Assembly: GCA_965216755.1 (NCBI GenBank)
Contig: CBDCGL010000011.1
Location: 4,320,001-4,384,000, forward strand
Source of the DNA: Alphaproteobacteria bacterium
GTDB lineage: Bacteria > Pseudomonadota > Alphaproteobacteria > UBA7887
Direction: 5' to 3'
Length of the DNA stretch: 64,000 nucleotides
Shown here: positions 19,249 through 28,897 of the stretch, piece by piece
Layout: every line of letters begins with the position of its first letter
Numbering within the stretch: the first letter of the stretch is position 1
Program-made: the position numbers and the translations under genes
Notes under the pieces: model-generated
Told to the model about the DNA's origin: nothing
What the model saw: only the letters and a program-made list of their open reading frames with translations
Databases searched by the model: none

Positions 19249-19265
19249 AAGCAACTCTCATGCCA
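19249..19265 (-). promoter_or_regulatory. Sigma54 (-24/-12) promoter
   Basis: Minus strand TGGCATGAGAGTTGCTT = GG-N10-GC, about 170 bp upstream of the major subunit start. Confidence 0.8.
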
Positions 19266-19532
19266 TCGCCTTGTTTGTCATAAGCAATTGAAAAATAATA
19301 TGAAAATGTCGTGGTTGGGGGGTGCGCAGCGCGGGGGCTTATCAGGTGTCCCAATCTTGTTACAGTCGATCGGGGGCCATTTTCGATGGCTGCTATTGGT
19401 GGCTTAAGCAGGTGTGACGCCGCGGACCGAAATGGTCTGTCAAATATTTGAAATTGTTCGTAAAATTGATGTCGATTTGTGCGAAGTTGCGCGCACCTTG
19501 GCGTGGGTGCAGTTCCGCCGTGACGTGTCAAA

Positions 19533-19550
19533 TGTTTCGTTTCTGAAACA
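19533..19550. promoter_or_regulatory. Palindrome, candidate enhancer site
   Basis: TGTTTCGTTTCTGAAACA about 270 bp upstream of the sigma54 promoter. Confidence 0.45.
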
Positions 19551-19920
19551 TAGGCCGGACTGCAAGGCGCCCGAACGGGTAGGCTTTGCCCGATCCGGCG
19601 CATGTGCGGCGACCGTAAAGCGGTGCCGGTATGGTCCAATTGGGTGGTTGGAGATGAGGATGTATCAGGCACGAAACCCTTGGCCCATATGCACCACTTG
19701 GGTCACAAATGACGCGCGCGCATCCTCAGCCGGCGGGCGATCTCATTGCCGCCGCCCGTGACATGGCCTCATGGACGGGCGCCCCACGGCCGATTCCGGC
19801 GTGGCTGTCCTTGGCCGTGTTGACGAAGGCGCGCCGAACGTCACCAGGTCGTGGTGAAAATACACACCCAGAATGTTTCAACATGGCCCCAGATTGGCCG
19901 AAAGGTGCGCACCACCGCTG

Positions 19921-20016
19921 TTCGTTCAAACGGGGTCGTTTGAACGACGTTGAATCGATCGATGTCAGTTAGATAGAGCGTATCATGCGAACGTATGTCA
20001 ACCTGATCGGCTCCAG
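19921..20016 (-). repeat. Dispersed ~95-bp repeat, copy A
   Basis: Reverse complement aligns with 47274-47369; contains a CGTTCAAACG/CGTTTGAACG hairpin. Confidence 0.75.
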
Positions 20017-20023
20017 ATCCGCA

Positions 20024-20359
20024 CTACATGTTAAATACGATCTTGACGCCGTGTTCGGTGTGGCTGATCGACGGCGGCTGTCGTCCATTCGGCGTTCGCG
20101 GATGGCGAAACTCATCCCACAAAATTACCGCTGTGTCGGTCTCCATCCGACCGCTGTCCGCGGGCCCAGAGGCGTGACCGGTCCCGACCGTGGCGCGCAG
20201 CCGAGCTTCGTCGAGAGGCATTTGGCAGCCATCGCCAAATAGGTTTGGCCTGGACACGCAGCCATCGATTGCGCGCGCCGGGGCAACGACAAGTAGCGTC
20301 GCGGCACAGCCTATGACCAGTGTGCCGACGCAGCATCTGAATTGTGAATGAACTTTCAA
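20024..20359 (-). CDS. Small secreted protein with VILWDE motif, probably part of the fap-like locus
   Basis: Signal peptide ending ARA, LDEARLRATVGTG, VILWDE; same strand as the fap-like operon. Confidence 0.55.
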   Translation of the reverse strand: MKVHSQFRCCVGTLVIGCAATLLVVAPARAIDGCVSRPNLFGDGCQMPLDEARLRATVGTGHASGPADSGRMETDTAVILWDEFRHPRTPNGRQPPSISHTEHGVKIVFNM

Positions 20360-20538
20360 ACTTCCTGCCTCAACATTGAGCAGGCCCCGCCCAGGGCAGC
20401 ACTTAAAATTCCACGCTAATTACGCCTACTCAATTCATGGGCTTGCCGCAAGTGAAAAATTTCAGATCGACTGTGATGAGTCATGGAAAGGTACAAAGAA
20501 ACGTCCCAAATCTATTTGCAAAGGACCTTTTGACAGCT

Positions 20539-20554
20539 GTTTCAATTATGAAAC
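20539..20554. promoter_or_regulatory. Palindrome GTTTCA-ATTA-TGAAAC, candidate activator site
   Basis: Perfect 6-bp arms in an AT-rich intergenic region upstream of 20359. Confidence 0.45.
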
Positions 20555-21188
20555 TCTAGCGCCCGTCATTAATGCAGGTCTTGGGCAGCCAAAATGATCG
20601 ATCCGCCCGAATAAGTGCCGGCCGACGCAGACCTTTAAATCCAATAGGTAGATAATAATAAGTATATAAATTACACGTAAGGCTTCTAAATTCAACGAAT
20701 CGCGTGCATCAACTTTTTACCGCGCAGCTTTGGATGTAACGGTCCTAACTGTGAGAGGCGAAGGTAGCTTCATATTTGACGTATTATTTAGATGTATCAC
20801 GAAAAAATATGGAGACACAGAAAAACCGAGGCCCCGGTTTGCAATGCGGCGCATGGGGTGCGGGGTTGGCGTCATAGCCGCCGAACCGGTTTCTATCGGT
20901 GACTTGATGGTCGCGCCATGATCTGCCAACTTCGGGCGCGGCAAACGACCCGTAACGCATTGAATTTGTGAAGCATCTGAGATAGGATAATGTTCCGGAT
21001 GCGGATCAAAAAGGGCGCTGACACGCCATGCGGGTGTGCCCGCGCGTCGCGACAGTGGCCAAAAAAATGTACCCTGGGCGGATGCCACCACGGTTGCCGC
21101 AGATATTCGTCGGTTGCGGCGTTGATGTCGTTTCGGCCAGAGGCATAGTCACAAGGTCCGAATGCCATTCGGTCGGAGGATTGGTTTG

Positions 21189-21839
21189 ATGTGTCAAGTG
21201 AGATTTCATCAAGCGATCGCGATGATTGCAGCCGTAATTGCGCTGTCGTCGCCATTGCTGGCGCCGCCCGCGCATGGCGCCTGGTATCAAGAGACTTTCG
21301 ACGGCGCGCCGAACGATGTCATGATGGGCATTCTGCATTTCGGCGCAGGTGAAGTTTGGCAGGGTGATTTGCGTGGTGGCACCTACTATCTCGGGAATCA
21401 ATCCGATGAACAGGCCGTCAACCTGTATTTCATCGGTGCGCTGCCAAATGAACCGGCCGGTTTATTGGGCGAGGCTGTGGTTTCCGTCGACGTCGGGGGT
21501 ACGTATCAAGGGCAGCGGGCCGGGTCGGGGCTGATTTATCGCTTCAGCGACGATCCGCTCAACTACTACGCGTTTTTGCTCATGCAAGGCAACAGTTACG
21601 GCCTTTTCCAAAGGGACGCGAGCGGCTTTACTTTGATAGCCAGCGCGCAAGATTCCGCAATCGCTGTTGACCGGATGAATCGCCTGACGGCGGCGACATA
21701 TTCAGATGGGATTTGGTTTTATATCAACGGCAAACATGTGCAGACGGTTCCGGCGCCCGGATTTGGCGGCAGTTCGGTCGGCATCATCGCCAAGGGCCTT
21801 GGCGAGCATTTCTTCGATAATTTTACGGTCGAACGTTAG
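21189..21839 (+). CDS. Secreted beta-sandwich (ConA/DUF1080-like) protein
   Basis: GGAGGA RBS, signal peptide, GLIYR...YYAFL...NRL...FYING...G.VG...FDNF pattern. Confidence 0.6.
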   Translation: MCQVRFHQAIAMIAAVIALSSPLLAPPAHGAWYQETFDGAPNDVMMGILHFGAGEVWQGDLRGGTYYLGNQSDEQAVNLYFIGALPNEPAGLLGEAVVSVDVGGTYQGQRAGSGLIYRFSDDPLNYYAFLLMQGNSYGLFQRDASGFTLIASAQDSAIAVDRMNRLTAATYSDGIWFYINGKHVQTVPAPGFGGSSVGIIAKGLGEHFFDNFTVER

Positions 21840-24800
21840 TCGTCACCACCAGGCAGCCTTGGCCGCGCGCCTTAAGCGTGGCGCACAACTGGGCAGCCTC
21901 ATCAAAGTCGGTGAATAGACCCGTGCGCAATCGATAGATCGTGGTGCCATCGTCGCGCGCGACGTCTTCGAAGATGGGCGCGCGACCGATCAGCACATCG
22001 CCATGGGCGGAGAGGATCGAATCCCACGATTCCGCCGCTGATTCCGCGCTACTAAGTGCTGCCAACTGGATCAAATACGCCGTTTCGGCGGACGCCACGT
22101 TCGAGCGCGGCTCGGTATTATTGATTTGCACTGCGCCATTCTCGCGATTTGGCCGCACATCGCGCGGTGCGGTCGGTGATGCAGGTACGTCCCGATCGAC
22201 AAAACGCTGACCTGTGGCGGCCGCTTGCGTGGTTTGATGGGCCGCCGCGCGTGCCGCATGAGCCGTTCCATTTACTACGCCGGAGGTGTGGTTGCGCGCC
22301 CCATTGCGCATCGGGCCTGCCTGTTCGTTGCCAAGGCGCGGCTGTTGGCTTGCTTGCCTCGTGTCGTCGGTCGCGCCCACATTGCGTGCCAGAAAACGGG
22401 ATGACCGTGGCGGCTGCGGTTCTTCGAGTGACGGTACCGGCGCGGTCCCTTGGTGGGTTGTGCCGCGCAGGGGTACGGGTGTGTCAATGGCACGCGCGTC
22501 GCGGTCTGCATTGGCACGTGGCGGCAGTGGTTCTTGTGGAAGAATGGGCTCGGGGTCGGCGATGGCCACCACGGTTCGCGACGGCCAAGTCATGTATCTC
22601 GGCTCCGTCGTCGCGGTTTGTTCACCCGGTTCGGCGGAGAGCAACGCCGTCGACTGTTCCATGCCTTCCAAGTCCGTGACAGTCGTCTGGCCGACCTGAA
22701 TCGAACGGGTCGCCGCACGAGCCAGTCTCGTTGCGCCATTGGTGTGCCGCGCAGGAATGGCCGGCGGCATCAGCTCGCCGGCTGCGGCCAATGCAACCGG
22801 CGGCATCACATCAATGGTCGTGCCCGTGCCCACGGTCGTCGCGCTATCGGCCCATTCCGGTTGGTATAGAGGTGGCCAAGACAACGCGTATCGCGCGGCC
22901 GACAGTTCAGCTGGCTCCAGCGGTTCGGCAAGGTGACGATCGACCCCCGCAATCGCTGGTGGTGATGTGGCCGCGGCCATCGCCACATTGACCTGACGTG
23001 GCGCCGGCTGCGGGCGCATTGTGGCCAAGGCGGCCTGATCGTCTGAGCGATTTCGATGCTGTGGGCGCCGCCCGACCGGCGGTTCTGAAAGCACGAACCC
23101 GACCATGGCCGGCACGGCGCTGTTAAGTTGACTGGGTTCCAATCGCTCGGGCGGCGTTGGCAACGCGACAAGGGTCGGTTGGATCGGATGGAAAAGCGAC
23201 GCGGGTTGGTCCGGCACCGCAACCCGACCCAACGGCTCTTGTGGCGCGGGACCTTGCAAGAGTGGGTCGGGCGACGTGTATCGTGGTTCGGTTGGACTGG
23301 GGGTCGGCGCTCGGTGCTGTTGGGGTGCCCGCAGCAGCGCACCAATGTCGAGCATCGCGGCGACCGAACGCTTGGGGCTTGGCGGCGTTGACGGCTCTTG
23401 AAGGCCAATGGGCGTGATCGCCAAGCCAACGCGCAAAGGCGGTGGCGTTGCGTCACCAAATGCGACGGCGACAACATTGCCCAGGCGCTGATGTGGGGCC
23501 GGTTCATCCATACTCTCGCGCGTGGCGTGGATAACCGGGGTCGGAACCGTGCTTTCGCTCGTGGTTACACCCACGCCGTTTGTGGCGGCGGCGTAGTCGA
23601 GCGTTTCATCGGGTGCCAAGGCGGCAAGTGAGCTCTGCGCGCTGCCGGTACTTGCTGCGTCATCCGGCGGCGATGGTTCATGCTCGATGTTGCTGTCACC
23701 GCCCAGATTCGCTGCAACACGAATGGTGCCTTGGATGCGTGCCAAACGTGTGCGCAAGTCCACCGCGTCTGAGCCCCTGCCAAGGGCAACATAGGCCTGT
23801 GACAGGCTGTTCAGAGTTCCGACCAGACGCGGATCATCCGGTCCGAAAAGCCGCTCGCGAATAACCAAGTCGCGAATCAATAGGGGCACCGCCTCGGCTG
23901 CCCGATCCTGCGCCAAATAGCACGCCCCCAGGTTGCTCAAAGCGCGGCTGAGGGCCGGATGATTCCACGGCAACTGGCTTTCAAAAATCGCCAGAGCCCG
24001 TTCCAGCAACGGTTCCGCTTCGGCCGCCTGGTCATGGGCATTATGGACGGCGCCCAGGTTGGCCAGACTGTGGGCCACGTCGACATGGCCGGGACCTAGA
24101 ATGCGTTCACGCGTGGCGAGCGCCGCCCCCAAAAGAGGTTCTGCGGCGTCGGCGTCCCGTGTTTCCAGATACACCGCGCCCAGATTGTTGCGACTTTGTG
24201 CGACATCCAGATGTTGATCTCCGAGCGTTTCAAGCCGAATTTCCAAAGCTTGCGCGAACAGCTGCGCAGCTTTGCGCAATTCACCTTGGGCCTGATATGC
24301 CACGGCAATATTGTTGAGGCTTGTGGCCAGCGACGGATCTTTGTCATCGAGCAGCCGACGTTTTATTTCCAGGGATTGCTGGAAAAAGTCGATGGCTGTT
24401 TGATGGTTTGCTTGCGCATCGTGCAGGCTGCCCAGATTGTTCAGGATTCGCGCGATCGCGAGTTCGTTGTCGCCATTGGATTCGCGCAAAACGGCCAGCG
24501 CGCGTTCGTAGAGAGATTCGGATTCGGCAAAGCGTCCTTGCGCCTTGTAGATGTCTGCCAAGCTATTCAAGACGCCGGCCGCGGCCGGATCGGGTAGCTC
24601 TGTGCCGCGTTGGTACATGGCCAACGCGCGGTCATAGAGCGGTTCGGCCTCTGCATATCGCTTTTGGCGCCGGTAAAGATCCGCCAGCGCAAACAAGCTG
24701 TTCGCAATGGCGCGATCGTCGGGGTCCAAAATCCGGACATTGATGCCCAGTGCCTCGGTCAAGAGCGGATCGGCGTTCTTATAGTCGCCAAGCGCCTTGT

Positions 24801-25206
24801 GAAGGGTCGCGAGATTGCTCAGCAGTGCGGCATATGTGGCGTTTTCTGTGCCATATCGCGCCCGCCCGATTTCCAGAGCCTTCTTCCAAAACGGCAGCGC
24901 AAACCGATACCTACCTTGTTGATAATAACGCTGGCCGCGCTGATATGCGTGAACCAGCTCATCTTGGACTGGGCCCGACTCCGTTTGTCCTGCCTCTGCT
25001 TGTGTCGTGCCGTCGGCGCGGTTCACCGGATCCTGGGCGTAGCTCTGATGGCGCGCAGCGGCGGCTGCAATTGCCGTCATCACCAATGGCAACAACAGTT
25101 TGACGCGCAACCCTCGGCGCGGCCGATTTGGCCGGCGCAATTCAGGAATCGGCGAAGCCGAATTGGTGCTCTGGCGCCCCATGTCGCAGGTCACTCTTAT
25201 CGGCAC
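21823..25206 (-). CDS. TPR-repeat (kinesin-light-chain type) protein with long Pro/Ala linker and C-terminal SPOR domain
   Basis: 42-aa repeats 'A.SLNNLA..Y..QG.Y.EAEPL..RAL'; C-terminal YLIQLAAL...YRLRTG.F....A.QLC..LK..G..C. Confidence 0.85.
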   Translation of the reverse strand: MPIRVTCDMGRQSTNSASPIPELRRPNRPRRGLRVKLLLPLVMTAIAAAAARHQSYAQDPVNRADGTTQAEAGQTESGPVQDELVHAYQRGQRYYQQGRYRFALPFWKKALEIGRARYGTENATYAALLSNLATLHKALGDYKNADPLLTEALGINVRILDPDDRAIANSLFALADLYRRQKRYAEAEPLYDRALAMYQRGTELPDPAAAGVLNSLADIYKAQGRFAESESLYERALAVLRESNGDNELAIARILNNLGSLHDAQANHQTAIDFFQQSLEIKRRLLDDKDPSLATSLNNIAVAYQAQGELRKAAQLFAQALEIRLETLGDQHLDVAQSRNNLGAVYLETRDADAAEPLLGAALATRERILGPGHVDVAHSLANLGAVHNAHDQAAEAEPLLERALAIFESQLPWNHPALSRALSNLGACYLAQDRAAEAVPLLIRDLVIRERLFGPDDPRLVGTLNSLSQAYVALGRGSDAVDLRTRLARIQGTIRVAANLGGDSNIEHEPSPPDDAASTGSAQSSLAALAPDETLDYAAATNGVGVTTSESTVPTPVIHATRESMDEPAPHQRLGNVVAVAFGDATPPPLRVGLAITPIGLQEPSTPPSPKRSVAAMLDIGALLRAPQQHRAPTPSPTEPRYTSPDPLLQGPAPQEPLGRVAVPDQPASLFHPIQPTLVALPTPPERLEPSQLNSAVPAMVGFVLSEPPVGRRPQHRNRSDDQAALATMRPQPAPRQVNVAMAAATSPPAIAGVDRHLAEPLEPAELSAARYALSWPPLYQPEWADSATTVGTGTTIDVMPPVALAAAGELMPPAIPARHTNGATRLARAATRSIQVGQTTVTDLEGMEQSTALLSAEPGEQTATTEPRYMTWPSRTVVAIADPEPILPQEPLPPRANADRDARAIDTPVPLRGTTHQGTAPVPSLEEPQPPRSSRFLARNVGATDDTRQASQQPRLGNEQAGPMRNGARNHTSGVVNGTAHAARAAAHQTTQAAATGQRFVDRDVPASPTAPRDVRPNRENGAVQINNTEPRSNVASAETAYLIQLAALSSAESAAESWDSILSAHGDVLIGRAPIFEDVARDDGTTIYRLRTGLFTDFDEAAQLCATLKARGQGCLVVTTNVRP

Positions 25207-25422
25207 AATCGCAGCAATGGCCGCGAACGCGATGGCATTATGCCATCGAGCTGTCCCACGCGTCGTCTTAATGTGCCTATTAACGTGATCATCGACCGCA
25301 ACCGGCGCTACGCTCTCCTCACGGGATCAGAGTGTGACGCTGTATGTCAAACAGAAAATCGGCGCTTTATCCGACAACGCGCTTTATATCCCTAACCTGC
25401 GTCATGAGTGCGCAAATGCGCC

Positions 25423-26655
25423 TCAAGGCTCAAGCTCCGCAATAAATGCTTCGGTATTCGCGGCGCCGAATGCGGTAATCGCTGCCGTCGCGTTTGGATC
25501 GTTCGCGTAGGCGACAATGATCGCGTCATACGGATCGCGCCCAAGGTCGCGCGCAGCGTTGTAGCGGCCGCGCGCCCGTGCGTCCTCATTGATGACGAAC
25601 CTTATATGGGCGCGGGCGATATCCGACACGGCGTCGGTAACAACACTTGGCGTTGCCGAGGCCCGCGCCGCGGCATTCTCTATGCCCATTTCTGTTGCAG
25701 GCACGTCCGAAATAGTAACCGATGTCACCGGTGCGGCTTCGACAGCGGGTTGTGATACGATATTCGCAGAGGGGACAGGCGGCAACGCGGTGGCCGCGGC
25801 GGTTTCGGCGACTGGCCGCGCGTCTGATGCCGCCAGCGGTTGCGTTTTGCTTGCGGTCGCTTGGGTGGCGTAAGAACCGCCACGATCTGGTTGGTCGTCG
25901 TCAGACTCAGAATCGACGGCGACCCATTGCGGCCGCACGGGCCGGGCGAGCACCAGGGCCTTGGCCGCTTCCAATCGATTGGCGGTTGCGCTTAGTTCGC
26001 GCTCCAGCTTTGCCGCGCGCTGTTCGGCGCTCGATAGTTGGGAACTTGCTTGTTTTTGCTCAGCTTCCGCGTCGGCCGCCACGTTCTTGAGCACACCGAC
26101 CTCATCCTGGAGGCTCGCCAATTGCTCATGCAGATGATTGGCCTGATCCGATTGGGTCTTGGCCTGCGCTTCACTTTGGGCCAATCGTGAGGTCAGGTCC
26201 GCGTGGCGTTGTTGGGTAAGCCGGGCGTAGTCGGTCATCACGGTCTGAAGATAGGCGAGACGGCGCTGTGATGCGTCGAGCTGCACGTCTGCCGTCACAC
26301 GTGCCGTCCGTTCGGCAGAGACACGCGTTTGCCGCTTTTCGTGCGCCAAGGCAGCTGACTTGCGTGCCGCGCGCGCGGCGCGCCGTTCGGTCTCGATGGT
26401 GCGCCGCTGCGTTTCCAAGGCGGCAGCAAATGTGCGTGCGGCTTCGGCGTCGGCAAGTTGGGCTTGCCGCGCATTAAGGACGCTGAACGCAACCGCAAGC
26501 CCAAAAAAGGCGAGGGCGGCCCAGGCACGAACCGTGAGTTTACGATGCAAAGGCGCGGCGCGACGGACCGTGCTGCCGGTCACGGCAAGAAAGAATGCGA
26601 AAACCCCATAGGCTGGGGCCAGGGCCGAAAAGCCCAGATCCACCTTGCCCTCCAT
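25423..26655 (-). CDS. Membrane-anchored coiled-coil hypothetical protein
   Basis: Two N-terminal hydrophobic segments, long heptad region, Ala/Pro/Thr linker, small C-terminal domain. Confidence 0.65.
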   Translation of the reverse strand: MEGKVDLGFSALAPAYGVFAFFLAVTGSTVRRAAPLHRKLTVRAWAALAFFGLAVAFSVLNARQAQLADAEAARTFAAALETQRRTIETERRAARAARKSAALAHEKRQTRVSAERTARVTADVQLDASQRRLAYLQTVMTDYARLTQQRHADLTSRLAQSEAQAKTQSDQANHLHEQLASLQDEVGVLKNVAADAEAEQKQASSQLSSAEQRAAKLERELSATANRLEAAKALVLARPVRPQWVAVDSESDDDQPDRGGSYATQATASKTQPLAASDARPVAETAAATALPPVPSANIVSQPAVEAAPVTSVTISDVPATEMGIENAAARASATPSVVTDAVSDIARAHIRFVINEDARARGRYNAARDLGRDPYDAIIVAYANDPNATAAITAFGAANTEAFIAELEP

Positions 26656-26730
26656 TTACGATGATCCGGGTGGCGCTGTGGCGTGAATTAGCCGTGCCAC
26701 AGGCAGAAACCTGAAAAATGAGTGACGCTG

Positions 26731-26746
26731 GTTAACAATTCGTTAG
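26731..26746. promoter_or_regulatory. CtrA-like box
   Basis: Minus strand CTAA-N7-TTAAC (1 mismatch) upstream of cpaF. Confidence 0.4.
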
Positions 26747-26923
26747 GGCGATTGAGATCCGGGGTGCCGCCGCAGCGATCACAAAACCAGCGAGCCTGCG
26801 GTCCAGCGCCTAGTCCGTGTGGATCATGCCGTTCCATACAAAATAGATAAAATTTTACTCAATTCGATGGAACGACCTCAGCAGTTGTCAGATAAGGCGG
26901 CGCGAGGTCAGGGAGAGCAAGAT

Positions 26924-28462
26924 ATGTTTACGCGACGGGTTCATCCCGTTGGGGGCGCCAAGACCCCCGCGGGATCGGATATGGTCAGCCGGCTGGCTGA
27001 CCGCATGCGTCATCAAGAAGAGAACCGTGGGGCGGATTCAGCCGCCCAACAGCGGTCAACCGATACCCGTCACATGCCGCTCGACGGCGGCGCGACGCCG
27101 ACACGTCTCCCCGCGGCGCCGGATCGCTCGACCAGCGCGCCGGCCCCGGAGCGTGCCGAGGACAATGTTGCGCGATTTCGTGCCCCCGGCACGCGCATGT
27201 CCACTGTCTTGCGGGATCTGAGAGATCGAGTCATTCCGGTTCTCTTAGAGCGGGTCCAGGCCGACAAAGTGGTTGGTCTTGACCGCCGCCAGATCGGTGA
27301 GCGCATCGATCCGGTCGTCGCGGAAATCGTCGCCGAAATCGGCGCATTGCTAAATGCCACAGAACACCAACAGCTGGTTCGCACGCTGGTCGATGAATTG
27401 GTCGGTTTGGGACCGTTGGAGCCGCTGCTCGCGGACCCAGATATCACCGACATCATGGTTAATGGGCCCGGCAAGGTTTACATCGAGCGTGACGGCAAAA
27501 TCAGTCTGACCGATGTCACATTGCGTAACGACGCGCACGTTATGCATATTGCAACGCGTATTGCGACGGCGATTGGGCGGCGTGTCGATGCCACCCAACC
27601 CATGGTTGACGCCCGACTTGCCGACGGCAGCCGTGTCAACATCATCGTACCACCCCTTGCCATCGATGGTCCGTGCCTGTCGATCCGTCGCTTTGGGCGC
27701 ACGGTCATCACGCTCGATGACATGGCCGCGCGAGGTAATATGAGCCAGCAAATGGCCACCTTCTTGAAAGTGGCTGCGCGGTCGCGACTAAACGTTCTGA
27801 TCTCCGGCGGTACGGGGTCGGGCAAGACCACTTTGCTCAACGCACTATCGCAATTGATCGATGAACGCGAACGGATCGTCACGATCGAAGATGCCGCTGA
27901 GCTTCAACTTCAGCAAAGTCATACTGTAAGGCTGGAGACGCGACCCGCCAATATCGAGGGCGGCGGCGAATTGACCATGCAAGATCTGCTGCGCAATGCC
28001 CTGCGCATGCGCCCCGACCGGATCATCTTGGGCGAGGTGCGCGGCGCCGAGGCTGTCGATCTGCTGCAGGCCATGAACACCGGTCATGACGGCTCCTTGT
28101 CGACCATCCACGCCAACCGGCCGCGCGAGGCCATCACGCGGCTGGAAAACATGGTGGCGATGAGCGGTATCACATTGCCGTCACATGCGGTCCGCGGACA
28201 GATTTCCGAGGCGGTCGACTTGATCGTTCAGGTCCAACGCATGCGCGATGGGGTGCGGCGTGTCACCAACATCATGGAAGTTGTCGGCATGGAGGGGCCG
28301 GTGGTCACCGGCCACGAAATCTTCACCTACGAATTTGATCGCGAGGACGACCAACGCCGATTTGTCGGACGGTTCGTCTATTCCGGGGTGCGACCGCAAT
28401 TTGTCGAGAAGGCGCGCTATTTCGGCATTGAGAACCTCTTGCTGAAAGCGCTGAGCAACTGA
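26924..28462 (+). CDS. cpaF: Tad pilus assembly ATPase CpaF/TadA
   Basis: [68 protein letters not shown]. Confidence 0.92.
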   Translation: MFTRRVHPVGGAKTPAGSDMVSRLADRMRHQEENRGADSAAQQRSTDTRHMPLDGGATPTRLPAAPDRSTSAPAPERAEDNVARFRAPGTRMSTVLRDLRDRVIPVLLERVQADKVVGLDRRQIGERIDPVVAEIVAEIGALLNATEHQQLVRTLVDELVGLGPLEPLLADPDITDIMVNGPGKVYIERDGKISLTDVTLRNDAHVMHIATRIATAIGRRVDATQPMVDARLADGSRVNIIVPPLAIDGPCLSIRRFGRTVITLDDMAARGNMSQQMATFLKVAARSRLNVLISGGTGSGKTTLLNALSQLIDERERIVTIEDAAELQLQQSHTVRLETRPANIEGGGELTMQDLLRNALRMRPDRIILGEVRGAEAVDLLQAMNTGHDGSLSTIHANRPREAITRLENMVAMSGITLPSHAVRGQISEAVDLIVQVQRMRDGVRRVTNIMEVVGMEGPVVTGHEIFTYEFDREDDQRRFVGRFVYSGVRPQFVEKARYFGIENLLLKALSN

Positions 28463-28725
28463 CTTTGGGGCGTGTGCGGCCGTCTTTGGCGAGAACCGGT
28501 CGCATGCGAATTGGGGGACTCCGTTGAGGCGGTGGACGATCGAACGTTCCGTCGGGTTTGATCTTCCACCGCCCACGGATCTCTAGTTCTATTTTCTATC
28601 CCGATATTCCGGTGACAGTTTACTAAATATACGATATGCGGTGTGATTGGTATTTCGAGCACCATATTTCGTATATTTAGTAAACTGTCACCTTAATACG
28701 GAAGGTGTTATCGGCGGGTGCTGTG

Positions 28726-28766
28726 AAAGAAAAGCCCCGTTCCCTGATTGCTAGGGGGAACGGGGC
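28726..28766 (-). terminator. Intrinsic terminator of the second cpaF
   Basis: GCCCCGTTCCC/GGGAACGGGGC stem followed by TTTTCTTT on the minus strand. Confidence 0.75.
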
Positions 28767-28897
28767 GAGGTCCCGACGAACGGTATGGGAAGGGACGTGG
28801 TGCTGAGGGGTTGCCGAACGTCGGGGATAAGGGTTGTTTTTGGTTATCGGCTGCGCGGTAATCCTTGCGATTGTGTGCTGCGGTTTGGGTGTGGCGG

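Noticed and set aside
25268-25284. TTAA-N8-TTAAC as a CtrA box
   Set aside because: Spacing is 8 rather than 7
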